Below are positions 1-9,548 of a DNA stretch of 64,000 nucleotides, one piece after another. The translations under genes were made by a program, and so were the position numbers. This stretch comes from a virus: positions 1 through 64,000 of IMG/VR virus record IMGVR_UViG_3300042294_004161; one strand, given 5' to 3'. The first letter of the stretch is position 1; each line of letters begins with the position of its first letter. Below the pieces are notes generated by a model. The model made no database searches and was not told the origin of the DNA. It saw only the letters and a list, made by a program, of their open reading frames with translations.

Positions 1-4
1 TTAT

Positions 5-292
5 ATGTTTACTTTAGATTGGTCTCATGAAAATCGAAACATGTTAGACACTAATTTCTCAGAGACTCCAGAACATAAATGTGGTCATGTATTTAAAATG
101 GAAAATGGAAATTATTTTATTTATCCCAATAACAGAATTATATGGATGGATAACGCTTGGACATTCAATAGAATAGACAAAAATCCAGGATATAAAATTG
201 ATATGAATGTATATAGTGTAGAGAATAGAGGAGGATATGAAACAGATTATAGCTATATGACTAATTTTTCCTCAAGTACATCTGAACAATGA
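5..292 (+). CDS. Hypothetical phage protein (probably 5'-truncated by window edge)
   Basis: ORF at window start; ATGA overlap with the next gene. Confidence 0.6.
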   Translation: MFTLDWSHENRNMLDTNFSETPEHKCGHVFKMENGNYFIYPNNRIIWMDNAWTFNRIDKNPGYKIDMNVYSVENRGGYETDYSYMTNFSSSTSEQ

Positions 293-552
293 ATCCATAT
301 ACCAATACTCAAGTAACTGACAAATATATTATTCGTGAATTTAATGAAAATATAGATCCTATTGAATTAAAATGGCATAGGGATTTAGAAGATCGTACAG
401 TAACTGTTTTAGAAGGTAATGGATGGTATTTTCAAAGAGATAATGAATTACCTGTGGAACTCAAAGAAGGAGTTCATATATTTATACCAAAATTAGAGTG
501 GCATAGGGTTATTAAAGGAACAACACCACTTAAAATAAAAATAGAAGAATGA
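289..552 (+). CDS. Small cupin-fold protein
   Basis: WHRD...E and HIFIPKLEWHRV resemble cupin motifs 1 and 2. Confidence 0.6.
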   Translation: MNPYTNTQVTDKYIIREFNENIDPIELKWHRDLEDRTVTVLEGNGWYFQRDNELPVELKEGVHIFIPKLEWHRVIKGTTPLKIKIEE

Positions 553-1100
553 AAATCATCCAACTTAGACAAATCATCAGAGAAGAATTACAGTCTTTGA
601 TATTGGAGAGATTTATTAACCTATTTAATAAAGAAGATATTAAACCATATATTCAAGATATATGGAACATAATGCAAAGAACATATGAACCTATAGGTGG
701 TTTTAAAACAGCAAATTCACCTGAAGAATTACTTAATAAAATTAATCTAGCCAAATTAGTTAGAAAAAATAACAAAATAGTAGCAGCTGCTTTATACACA
801 GACAAATATGGTCGTAAAGCAATAGCAAAAGGATCTGATGGATCAATAGATGGAATAAAAGCTATTAAACAAATATATAAAGAAGACGTAAAACTTAACA
901 GAGCTTGGGGTGAATTCTCAGGTAAAGCTGAAGATTTATTATTGAAATATGGTGGAGTACCTATCCCAAATGATATGGTAGAAGATATTTTAGATAAAGA
1001 AATCTTATCTAAAGATAAGGATGGATTCCATTATACAAGATTAATAAATGGTGAACCTATTCGCAAAATTATGATTGGAAGTTTGGATAAGCCCAAATAG
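549..1100 (+). CDS. Leader-bearing protein (putative internal head/cargo protein), body of unknown function
   Basis: N-terminal MKIIQLRQIIREELQSLILE matches leader of 5005, 54224, 54571, 54946, 55280, 56762. Confidence 0.6.
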   Translation: MKIIQLRQIIREELQSLILERFINLFNKEDIKPYIQDIWNIMQRTYEPIGGFKTANSPEELLNKINLAKLVRKNNKIVAAALYTDKYGRKAIAKGSDGSIDGIKAIKQIYKEDVKLNRAWGEFSGKAEDLLLKYGGVPIPNDMVEDILDKEILSKDKDGFHYTRLINGEPIRKIMIGSLDKPK

Positions 1101-1111
1101 TTTATTATATT
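1083..1111 (+). promoter_or_regulatory. Putative promoter TTGG-N19-TATATT (other copies start at 1810, 35649, 43509, 54168, 56125, 56706, 57049, 58822)
   Basis: Nine copies upstream of ORFs with identical spacing, equivalent to -35/17 nt/-10 geometry; seven have exact TATATT. Confidence 0.7.
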
Positions 1112-1129
1112 ACATGAGTAATAAAAGTT

Positions 1130-1723
1130 ATGGATAACAAAATAAATATATTAGTCATACATGGTTTCAATAGTGGTCCTGGTAATAAATCAGAAACTTT
1201 AAAAAACCATTTTCCTCACGCTAATGTGTATACTCCTCAATTAAATAATAAACCAATTGATGATATAAATATTCTCCAAGAATTTCTTGATAAGAATACT
1301 AATATTCATGTTGTAGGAACATCGTTAGGTGGATTTTATGGTTTATATTTAGCATTAACTAATCAAGGTAGAGATGATATTTCATTTTATATAATAAATC
1401 CATCATACACACCATATGATAATTTTAAACCTAGAATTAATCAATCTTTTAGAAATCATAAAAATGATCTTATTTCAATAGTAGATGAAAAATTTATTAA
1501 TGAATTAAAAGATTTTCAAAATAAAGTTCATTATGAATTTAAAGTATTACCAAATATATATTTTTATTTTGGTGATAAAGATGATGTCATAAACCATGAC
1601 ATTTTAAAATCAGAAATATTTAAATTTAAAGTTCCACATAATATATTTGAATCTAATCAAGATCACAGACATGAAGACATATCAAAAATTATAAAACAAA
1701 TCAAAGAAAACACAGTTTTATAA
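1130..1723 (+). CDS. YqiA/UPF0227-like alpha/beta hydrolase (esterase)
   Basis: IHGFNS oxyanion motif, GTSLGG nucleophile elbow, INP, D-D-V and C-terminal DH. Confidence 0.8.
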   Translation: MDNKINILVIHGFNSGPGNKSETLKNHFPHANVYTPQLNNKPIDDINILQEFLDKNTNIHVVGTSLGGFYGLYLALTNQGRDDISFYIINPSYTPYDNFKPRINQSFRNHKNDLISIVDEKFINELKDFQNKVHYEFKVLPNIYFYFGDKDDVINHDILKSEIFKFKVPHNIFESNQDHRHEDISKIIKQIKENTVL

Positions 1724-1796
1724 TATGTATCATAGTAAAAATAGATAGACCTATTCATAGCAGGTCGCTCATAATAGAGATAAAAAATTGATAGCT

Positions 1797-1829
1797 GTGG
1801 CATCTTCGTTTGGAGATGCCACTTTTTTT
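1797..1829 (+). terminator. Intrinsic terminator
   Basis: GTGGCATCT..AGATGCCAC stem followed by T7. Confidence 0.8.
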
Positions 1830-1862
1830 ACATACATTTAATAGTTAAAACAATATAGAAAC

Positions 1863-3230
1863 ATGAATAAAAAAATAGTAATTGTTGGAGCCGGGGTAGC
1901 AGGTATAAATGCTGCAACTAAATTAGTAGATAATGGTTATCCTGGAGAACTTATCACCATTATTGATATGGGTAAAGATCCATACAACCGCAAACCTGAA
2001 GAAGTAATGACAGGTATGTTAGGTGCTGGAGGTTGGTCTGATGGTAAATTAACATACCATACAGCCATAGGTGGTCAATTATCCAAGTATACAGGTGAAG
2101 ACAAAGCAATGCAACTAATGGATCAGGTAATCACCAATTTTAAACGTTTCCATCCTAAACCAGAAGAGGTACAATGTTCAAATCCCGAAACTGAACCAGA
2201 TTTTATTAAACCATATTTTGGTTTACGTTTATTTCCTGTTTGGCACGTAGGTACAGATTATCTATCTGAGATTGCTAAAAATTGGTATGATTATTTAGTG
2301 TCTAAAGATGTAAATTTTAAATGGGAAACTAAAGTAATCAATATTAATTTTAGACATAGTGAGGTTATCATGAAATCAGTTAAACCTGAATTTGCAAATA
2401 TGGATAACGATATGATATTTTATGATGAGCTTATATTTGGTGTAGGCAAATCAGGTATTGATTTTGCTCAAGAATTAGCCAACCAATATCAACTACCAGA
2501 CGAACCCAAATCAACCCAGATTGGAGTGAGATTTGAAAGCCCACAACACCACTTCCAAAAACTAATCGATATTTCATATGACTTTAAATTATATAGAAAA
2601 TTTGATGATAAAGGTGTTTCATTACGTTCATTCTGTACAAATAATAATGCTGCTTATGTTGCTGTAGAAGAAACATATGGTGATCATAGTTACAATGGTC
2701 ATGCTAAAAAAGATGAGCGTTACCGAAACGATATGACTAACTTTGGTATTTTAATGGAAATTAATGGTATTGAAGATCCATTTACTTGGTCAAGAGATGT
2801 TGTTTCTAAATTACAACATAATGGTACTGGTTTATATTACAGTCCATCTCGTAAACCATCTACTACATCAGAAGGAAATGAAGTAACATCTCATCAAATC
2901 AATAATCTAGATTTAGTAAGAGAGGTGATGGGTGGATATTTTCAATACATAGAAGATTTTATTGAGGATATGAAAAAAGTATTCCCAACATTAGGTGATG
3001 ATTGGGGTGTTTATATTCCTGAGGTAAAATATCTTTCACCTGAACCACTCGTAAATTATAAGGATCTTAGTTTAACTAAATTTTCAAATGTACATTTCGT
3101 AGGTGATGCTTTATCTGCTAGAGGTATTACAGTAAGTGGGGCTCATGGTATATATGTTTCTGAAGCTATACTTGGAGATTGGGAAAAAGATCAATATATT
3201 ATGGAACAAGGAACTGGAGATTTATTTTAA
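1863..3230 (+). CDS. FAD/NAD(P)-dependent oxidoreductase (uncharacterised dehydrogenase family)
   Basis: Rossmann VIVGAGVAG, GAGGWSDGKL, SFCTNN, C-terminal FVGDA...GITVSGAHG. Confidence 0.8.
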   Translation: MNKKIVIVGAGVAGINAATKLVDNGYPGELITIIDMGKDPYNRKPEEVMTGMLGAGGWSDGKLTYHTAIGGQLSKYTGEDKAMQLMDQVITNFKRFHPKPEEVQCSNPETEPDFIKPYFGLRLFPVWHVGTDYLSEIAKNWYDYLVSKDVNFKWETKVININFRHSEVIMKSVKPEFANMDNDMIFYDELIFGVGKSGIDFAQELANQYQLPDEPKSTQIGVRFESPQHHFQKLIDISYDFKLYRKFDDKGVSLRSFCTNNNAAYVAVEETYGDHSYNGHAKKDERYRNDMTNFGILMEINGIEDPFTWSRDVVSKLQHNGTGLYYSPSRKPSTTSEGNEVTSHQINNLDLVREVMGGYFQYIEDFIEDMKKVFPTLGDDWGVYIPEVKYLSPEPLVNYKDLSLTKFSNVHFVGDALSARGITVSGAHGIYVSEAILGDWEKDQYIMEQGTGDLF

Positions 3231-3236
3231 AATACT

Positions 3237-3497
3237 ATGGATAATAAAGAAAATTACAAATATGGAGATGCTAAACGTTTAGTTAAAGCAGATGGTACTA
3301 TTGCTTATGTATTTGATAACCAATATCATAATTGGGAAGGTCCAGCTCTTATCCCCGAAGGAAATAAACGTAAACGTGAGTATTATCTTAACGGAATAAA
3401 ACTTACAGAAAAACAATGGAAAGACGCTAGACGTAACAGATCAGGTTTACCATGGTTTAAAAATCCAAGTCTAAACAATTCAAGAAACGCAGGATAA
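3237..3497 (+). CDS. Hypothetical phage protein
   Basis: HNWEGPALI...EYYLNG unit typical of small phage beta-hairpin repeat proteins. Confidence 0.55.
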   Translation: MDNKENYKYGDAKRLVKADGTIAYVFDNQYHNWEGPALIPEGNKRKREYYLNGIKLTEKQWKDARRNRSGLPWFKNPSLNNSRNAG

Positions 3498-3498
3498 T

Positions 3499-4029
3499 AT
3501 GAAAATAGGATTTACAGGTACAATGTCATGTGGAAAAACCACTTTAGTTAATGCTTTAAAGGAATTACCTGAATTTGAAAATTATGTATTTAGAACAGAA
3601 CGTTCAAAATATCTAATGGAACTAGGTATTCCATTAAATACAGACTCAACCATAAAAGGTCAGGTTGTATTTTTAGCTGAACGTGCTAGTGAATTAATGC
3701 ATGAGAATATTATTACTGATAGAACTATAGTAGATGTTATTGCTTTTACTAAATCTGCTAAATCTATTTCAACATTAGAAAAAAATGACTTTAGTGAATT
3801 AGCAGCTAGACTATTATCAGAATATGATTATATATTTTATGTGTCTCCTGAAGGTGTTGAAATAGAAAACAATAATGTACGTGAGACTAATCCTGAATAT
3901 CGTAATACTATAGATACAAGTATTCAACAGATATTAAAAGTATATGGTAATCGTATTAAAAATCTCCATCAAATATCTGGAACTACTGAAGAACGTATAT
4001 TAAAAGTTAAATCTATTTTATTTCCATAA
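3499..4029 (+). CDS. P-loop kinase/ATPase (NadR/AAA_28-like)
   Basis: Walker A GTMSCGKTT, IITDRT, YDYIFY, ENNNVR. Confidence 0.75.
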   Translation: MKIGFTGTMSCGKTTLVNALKELPEFENYVFRTERSKYLMELGIPLNTDSTIKGQVVFLAERASELMHENIITDRTIVDVIAFTKSAKSISTLEKNDFSELAARLLSEYDYIFYVSPEGVEIENNNVRETNPEYRNTIDTSIQQILKVYGNRIKNLHQISGTTEERILKVKSILFP

Positions 4030-4037
4030 TATTTATA
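4029..4037 (+). promoter_or_regulatory. Putative late promoter core ATAT(T/G)TATA (other copies at 4983, 7597, 9525, 11188, 12792, 15814, 16466, 18126, 21305, 30750, 35290, 40771, 42963, 43891, 44957, 47675)
   Basis: 17 exact copies at gene boundaries, mostly 5-30 nt before start codons in the morphogenesis modules. Confidence 0.75.
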
Positions 4038-4046
4038 ACAAAAAAT

Positions 4047-4538
4047 ATGGTAGGATTTTTTCATGCTGCTACTTTTACATCAAGTGTAGTTAATACATCT
4101 GGTGGTAATTTTATATCAGCCTCAGGGACTGGCCCAGATAATTTTAAAGCAATGGCTCTTGAGGACACTTATTTTAGTGAATGGGGTACAATACCAATTG
4201 TACCTAGAATAAATGTTACTCAATCATCACCAACTCATAATAATTTCCAAAAATTATTTACTTTAGAACCAACTCCACCTGAAGATGCTACCGCAATAGC
4301 TATTTTACCTTATGTAGATGATGGGGGTAATCCATCTACATTATTGTATTCTTTTGAAAATACTAGATCTTTAATAGATAATAGTTATAGGATTCCATAC
4401 CCTCAAATAGGTGCAACATCATCTCTTAGTACAGCATCTTTTGGAAATTCACTTACAGATACAGCAATTGCTTTATCAAATGTTGGGGGATTTATTTATT
4501 ATTGGGATGGTACTAGAGATATTATATTTAGTGTATAA
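4047..4538 (+). CDS. Hypothetical protein, paralog of 4555..4983
   Basis: Shared blocks GFFH/GSFH, AILPYVDDG/AIMPYASDG, SFGN...ALxxVGG; late motif upstream. Confidence 0.6.
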   Translation: MVGFFHAATFTSSVVNTSGGNFISASGTGPDNFKAMALEDTYFSEWGTIPIVPRINVTQSSPTHNNFQKLFTLEPTPPEDATAIAILPYVDDGGNPSTLLYSFENTRSLIDNSYRIPYPQIGATSSLSTASFGNSLTDTAIALSNVGGFIYYWDGTRDIIFSV

Positions 4539-4554
4539 ATTTAAAATATAAAAT

Positions 4555-4983
4555 ATGCCAACAATTAAAGGTAGTTTTCATGTAGTATCATTAACAAATA
4601 CTGATGTAAATAATCTTCCATCAGAAAATAAAATAGCACCATCTACAGCAAATGCTAATGGAAATAAATGCTGTGCTTATCCTAACGCTAATATATCAAA
4701 TTTTGATTCATTTATAACTGATACTCAAAGAGTATTCCCATTACCTACTGATGCTTATTGGGCTATAATGCCGTACGCAAGTGATGGTGCTTGTACTTAT
4801 TATTCTTTTATTGATGAAACAGATTTACTTGCTAAAGCAGCAACTATTCCTGATCTAAATGGAGGTGAATTAGGAGGAAGTTTTGGTAATGTAAATGATG
4901 TTAGTACAGCTTTAGATGCAGTTGGTGGTCTATTAATAAGAGATGGAGGAAGTGGGGAAATTGATTTTATAACACCAGCTTAA
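4555..4983 (+). CDS. Hypothetical protein, paralog of 4047..4538
   Basis: Same shared blocks as the upstream gene. Confidence 0.6.
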   Translation: MPTIKGSFHVVSLTNTDVNNLPSENKIAPSTANANGNKCCAYPNANISNFDSFITDTQRVFPLPTDAYWAIMPYASDGACTYYSFIDETDLLAKAATIPDLNGGELGGSFGNVNDVSTALDAVGGLLIRDGGSGEIDFITPA

Positions 4984-5004
4984 TATTTATAACAAAATAT
5001 ACAC

Positions 5005-5454
5005 ATGAAAAAATCAGAATTAAAACAATTTATACGTGAAGAAATAATATCTACCCTTTCAGAAGCAGAACAAGGTATCATTCATACTAAAGATCAAAAT
5101 AAAGCAGTAGAACTTGCTAAAAAAGGATTAAATGTAAGTATTGACGAAAAGAAGAAATCTGAAGATGAAGATGAGGATGTAGAGGTAAAAGATGATTGGA
5201 ATAAAGTAGAAAAAGAAGATTCATTTGTTGAAAAAGAACCAACAGCTAAAGATCTTAAAAAAGGAGATAAAGTTACTAAGATGGCTGCTAAATTAGCTAT
5301 GGTTACTAAAGAAATGAAATCTGTAGTATCTCAATGGAAGAAAGCAGAAGGTAGTGAAAAAGATAGACTGTTAAATAGATTAAAAGAATTAACTAAAGTC
5401 AAAAAAGAATTAGATGCTTTTATCACTCCAACAATAGGTACAGATGAAGACTAA
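5005..5454 (+). CDS. Leader-bearing charged protein (putative internal head protein)
   Basis: MKKSELKQFIREEIISTLSE leader; late motif at 4983. Confidence 0.6.
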   Translation: MKKSELKQFIREEIISTLSEAEQGIIHTKDQNKAVELAKKGLNVSIDEKKKSEDEDEDVEVKDDWNKVEKEDSFVEKEPTAKDLKKGDKVTKMAAKLAMVTKEMKSVVSQWKKAEGSEKDRLLNRLKELTKVKKELDAFITPTIGTDED

Positions 5455-5456
5455 AT

Positions 5457-6032
5457 ATGAATTTATTTAATAACACAAAAAACATACTAATTTTAGTACT
5501 TGTCCTCATTATTATTTTAATGAGGACTTGTTCTACTACCCCATCCATCAAACCTAAAACAATCACTAAAACAACTATCGAATATATCCCTGTAACTGAT
5601 ACAGTTCCTGAATATATTCCTAAGTGGAGAGAGAAAATAGTTGTTCAAATAGATAGTTTTAAGGAACCAATTGATACTACTGAAATATTAAGTGACTATT
5701 ATAGCAAATATTACTATATAGATACATTAAAAGTAGATACATTTGGTTTTGTTCTAGTAAAAGATACAGTATCTCAAAACAAAATATCATCCCGTAATAT
5801 TGAATACAACATAAGTATACCTAAGATAACAATAGAAAAAACAACATTCATTAATGAACGAGAATTTTATGTAGGTCCTGGGATACAAGGTAGTACAAGA
5901 CAATTAGATTATATTGGGGGTGAGTTATATTTAAAAACAAAAACATCTCATCTATATGGAATTGGTGTTGGAATAAACAACAATCTACAACCTGTACTTA
6001 GAGGAGGAATGTATTGGAGGATAAACAAATGA
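5457..6032 (+). CDS. Membrane-anchored protein (possible lysis/spanin-like)
   Basis: N-terminal hydrophobic ILILVLVLIIIL followed by Cys; C-terminal amphipathic beta strands ending GGMYWRINK. Confidence 0.45.
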   Translation: MNLFNNTKNILILVLVLIIILMRTCSTTPSIKPKTITKTTIEYIPVTDTVPEYIPKWREKIVVQIDSFKEPIDTTEILSDYYSKYYYIDTLKVDTFGFVLVKDTVSQNKISSRNIEYNISIPKITIEKTTFINEREFYVGPGIQGSTRQLDYIGGELYLKTKTSHLYGIGVGINNNLQPVLRGGMYWRINK

Positions 6033-7597
6033 GCCAACCAGACTTAAAAGCAATAATTCGAGAAGAATATATGAAATGTGCAGAAGATCCTGCTCATTTT
6101 ATGAAGAAATATTGCAACATCCAACACCCTCAAAGAGGCCGTGTTTTATTTAATTTATACCCTTTCCAAGAAAAAACGCTACGCCTATTCCGAGATAACC
6201 CGTATTCTATCGTGTTAAAATCGCGTCAATTAGGCATTTCAACATTAGCTGCTGGGTATTCATTATGGTTAATGTTATTCCATAAAGATAAAAACGTACT
6301 ATGTATAGCTACTAAACAAGAAACAGCTAAAAACATGGTTACAAAAGTTAGATTTATGTTTGAAAGTTTACCTTCTTGGCTTAAAATACCACATGAAGAA
6401 AATAATAAACTAACTTTAAGATTAAATAATGGTTCTCAAATTAAAGCAACAGCCGCATCCTCAGATGCAGGTAGATCAGAAGCTGTATCTTTATTAATAG
6501 TGGATGAGGCTGCTTTTATTGAACAAATTGGAGAAATTTGGGCATCAGCCCAACAAACCCTAGCAACTGGTGGGGGTGCTATTGTATTATCTACTCCATA
6601 TGGTACTGGTAATTGGTTTCATCAATCTTGGGTAAAAGCAGAAAATAATGAAAACGATTTTTTACCTATAAAATTACCATGGTATGTTCACCCTGAAAGA
6701 GATGAGACTTGGAGAAAACGTCAAGATGAATTACTAGGTGATCCTAGATTAGCTGCCCAAGAATGTGATTGTGATTTTAATACCTCTGGTGATACTGTAT
6801 TCTATTCAGAATGGTTAGATTTTATAAAAGAAACAACTATACAAGATCCTATAGTACGTAGAGGAGCAGACCAAAACTTATGGGTTTGGGAACCAGCTGA
6901 TTATACTAGAGAATATATGGTAATAGCGGATGTTGCTAGAGGTGATGGTAAAGACTCATCTGCATGTCATATTATAGATATAGCAACAAACACACAAGTG
7001 GCTGAATATAAAGGTCAATTACCTCCTAAAGAATATGGTTATTTTTTAGTAGGCTTAGCATCAGAATATAATAATGCTTTACTAGTAATTGAAAATGCTT
7101 CTATAGGATGGGCCACATTAGATGCTGTTATAGAAAGAGGATATAGAAATTTATATTACTCACCTAAATCAGATCATCTAACTGCAGAATCTTACTTAAA
7201 CATATATGAGGGAAATTCAAATTTAACTCCTGGATTTACAATGTCTTTAAAAACAAGACCTTTAGTAGTTAATAAATTTAGAGAGTATATAGGAGATCGT
7301 TCAGTAACGATTCGTTCTAAAAGATTACTAGAAGAAATGAAAGTCTTTATATGGAAGAATGGTAGACCAGAAGCTCAAAGTGGGTATAATGATGATTTAG
7401 TAATGAGTTTTGGTATAGGAATGTATTTAAGAGACACATCTTTAAAATTCCAACAACAATCTCATGACATGACTAGAGCAACGCTTGGTAATATAACTAA
7501 GACTACGTATATTGGAGCTTACAACAATTCTAACACTCAAAATCCATACCTATTACAAACAGATAAAGGAATGGAAAATATTAGTTGGTTGTTGTAA
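6029..7597 (+). CDS. terL: Terminase large subunit (T4 gp17-like)
   Basis: LYPFQ, KSRQLGIS Walker A, LIVDEAAF Walker B, STPYG, ADVARG nuclease, NDDLVM; start moved to ATG 6029 (ATGA overlap). Confidence 0.95.
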   Translation: MSQPDLKAIIREEYMKCAEDPAHFMKKYCNIQHPQRGRVLFNLYPFQEKTLRLFRDNPYSIVLKSRQLGISTLAAGYSLWLMLFHKDKNVLCIATKQETAKNMVTKVRFMFESLPSWLKIPHEENNKLTLRLNNGSQIKATAASSDAGRSEAVSLLIVDEAAFIEQIGEIWASAQQTLATGGGAIVLSTPYGTGNWFHQSWVKAENNENDFLPIKLPWYVHPERDETWRKRQDELLGDPRLAAQECDCDFNTSGDTVFYSEWLDFIKETTIQDPIVRRGADQNLWVWEPADYTREYMVIADVARGDGKDSSACHIIDIATNTQVAEYKGQLPPKEYGYFLVGLASEYNNALLVIENASIGWATLDAVIERGYRNLYYSPKSDHLTAESYLNIYEGNSNLTPGFTMSLKTRPLVVNKFREYIGDRSVTIRSKRLLEEMKVFIWKNGRPEAQSGYNDDLVMSFGIGMYLRDTSLKFQQQSHDMTRATLGNITKTTYIGAYNNSNTQNPYLLQTDKGMENISWLL

Positions 7598-7621
7598 TAT
7601 TTATAACATATAAAAAACAAA

Positions 7622-9514
7622 ATGGCAGATACCAATTTATTCCCCCGATTAAAAAGATTATTCTCAACAGACGTAATAATCAGAAATCAAGGTGGTGATA
7701 CACTAAAAGTAATGGATGTTGATTCAATCCAACGTTCAGGTGATATAGCTACAAATTCCTTAGTAGACAGGTACAATCGTTTATATTCCCCAGCAACTAC
7801 CTCATTATTAGGTTCTCAAATCAATATGAACTGGCAGTACTTACGTACTATGGTTTATTCAGACTATGATAATATGGATTATGATGCTATTGTAGCCTCA
7901 GCTTTAGATATTATCTCTGATGAGAGTACATTAAAAAATGATATGAATGAAGTATTACATATCAAAAGTTCAAATGAGGATATTCAACAAATCCTATATA
8001 ACTTATTTTATGATGTATTAAACATTGAATTTAACTTATGGTCTTGGATTCGTCAGATGTGTAAGTATGGTGATTTTTTCTTAAAGTTAGAGATTGCTGA
8101 AAAATTTGGTGTATATAATGTTATCCCATACACAGCATATCATATTGAAAGACAAGAAAATTATGATAAAGATCACCCAAATGCTGTAAGATTTAAATAT
8201 TCACCTGAAGGAGTATATGGTGGTGGTTCTGGATATTATGGTTCTCCTACTCTTAACACATATACAGACAATCAAAATGGCATATATTTTGATAATTATG
8301 AAATAGCTCACTTTAGATTATTAACAGATGTTAATTACTTACCTTATGGTCGTTCATATCTAGAACCAGCTCGTCGTATCTTTAAACAATATGTGTTAAT
8401 GGAAGATGCTATGTTAATTCATAGAATATCACGTAGCCCAGATAGACGTATATTTTATATTAATGTGGGTTCAATACCACCAAATGAAGTAGAAAACTTC
8501 ATGCAAAAAACAATCTCTACCATGAAACGTACCCCGTTAATGGATAGTAATACTGGTGAATATAATCTTAAGTATAATATGCAAAATTTACTTGAAGATT
8601 TTTATATTCCTGTAAGAGGTAATGACAGTGCCACTAAAATGGAAACTGCACCTGGTTTACAATATGATGGTATTAATGATGTAGAGTATTTAAGAGACAA
8701 ATTATTTGCTGCTCTTAAAGTACCTAAAGCATTCATGGGTTATGAAAAAGATTTATCTGGTAAGGCTACATTAGCTGCAGAAGATATTAGATTTGCCCGT
8801 ACAATTGATAGAATTCAACGTATAACATTATCAGAATTATATAAAATAGCATTAGTACATTTATATTCACAAGGTTATACAGGTGAAGAATTAACTAATT
8901 TTGAATTAGATTTAACAGGTCCTTCAATTATATATGATCAGGAAAAAATAGCTTTATTAACCCAAAAAGTTGATTTAGCTGCTAAAATCATGGAAACTCA
9001 ATTACTTCCTACAGACTGGATTTATGATAACATATTCAAATTCAGTGAGGAACAATATGATGAATATAGAGACATGATATTAGAAGATCAAAAACGTGCC
9101 TTTAGATATGCTCAAGTAAAAGAAGAAGGTAATGATCCTAAAATCACAGGTAAATCATATGGTACACCACATGATTTAGCCTCACTATATGGTAAAGGTA
9201 GAATGTATTCTGACCCAGAAAATGTACCTGTAGGATTTGGTGATGATGTAAAATTAGGTCGTCCTGAAGAAAGTCCAACAGATCGTAATACTCAAAATGA
9301 TAATTTTGGTAAAGATAGATTAGGGGCTAAAGGAATGAAAAATGATGATAATGAATCAGATTCTATTAATCCTAAATTTAAAGGTGGTTCACCATTAGCT
9401 TTAGAAGCTAAACAGGTTTATCTAAAAAATAAAAGTCTAATAGAAAGTTTAGTGAAAAACAAAACTGTAATTGCAGAAAGTTCACTATTAGATGAAAAAC
9501 AAATAAGAGAATAA
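7622..9514 (+). CDS. Portal protein (T4 gp20-like)
   Basis: MEDAMLIHRISRSPDRRIFYINVG, LEDFYIPVRG, LFAALKVPK; follows terminase. Confidence 0.93.
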   Translation: MADTNLFPRLKRLFSTDVIIRNQGGDTLKVMDVDSIQRSGDIATNSLVDRYNRLYSPATTSLLGSQINMNWQYLRTMVYSDYDNMDYDAIVASALDIISDESTLKNDMNEVLHIKSSNEDIQQILYNLFYDVLNIEFNLWSWIRQMCKYGDFFLKLEIAEKFGVYNVIPYTAYHIERQENYDKDHPNAVRFKYSPEGVYGGGSGYYGSPTLNTYTDNQNGIYFDNYEIAHFRLLTDVNYLPYGRSYLEPARRIFKQYVLMEDAMLIHRISRSPDRRIFYINVGSIPPNEVENFMQKTISTMKRTPLMDSNTGEYNLKYNMQNLLEDFYIPVRGNDSATKMETAPGLQYDGINDVEYLRDKLFAALKVPKAFMGYEKDLSGKATLAAEDIRFARTIDRIQRITLSELYKIALVHLYSQGYTGEELTNFELDLTGPSIIYDQEKIALLTQKVDLAAKIMETQLLPTDWIYDNIFKFSEEQYDEYRDMILEDQKRAFRYAQVKEEGNDPKITGKSYGTPHDLASLYGKGRMYSDPENVPVGFGDDVKLGRPEESPTDRNTQNDNFGKDRLGAKGMKNDDNESDSINPKFKGGSPLALEAKQVYLKNKSLIESLVKNKTVIAESSLLDEKQIRE

Positions 9515-9548
9515 AAATCTTTATATATTTATAATTAAACAACCAAGG

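Noticed and set aside
6029-6075. Terminase N-terminal DLKAIIREEY as an eighth copy of the cargo leader
   Set aside because: Only a partial match, lacking the downstream Glu cleavage context; terminase is not expected to be a packaged cargo
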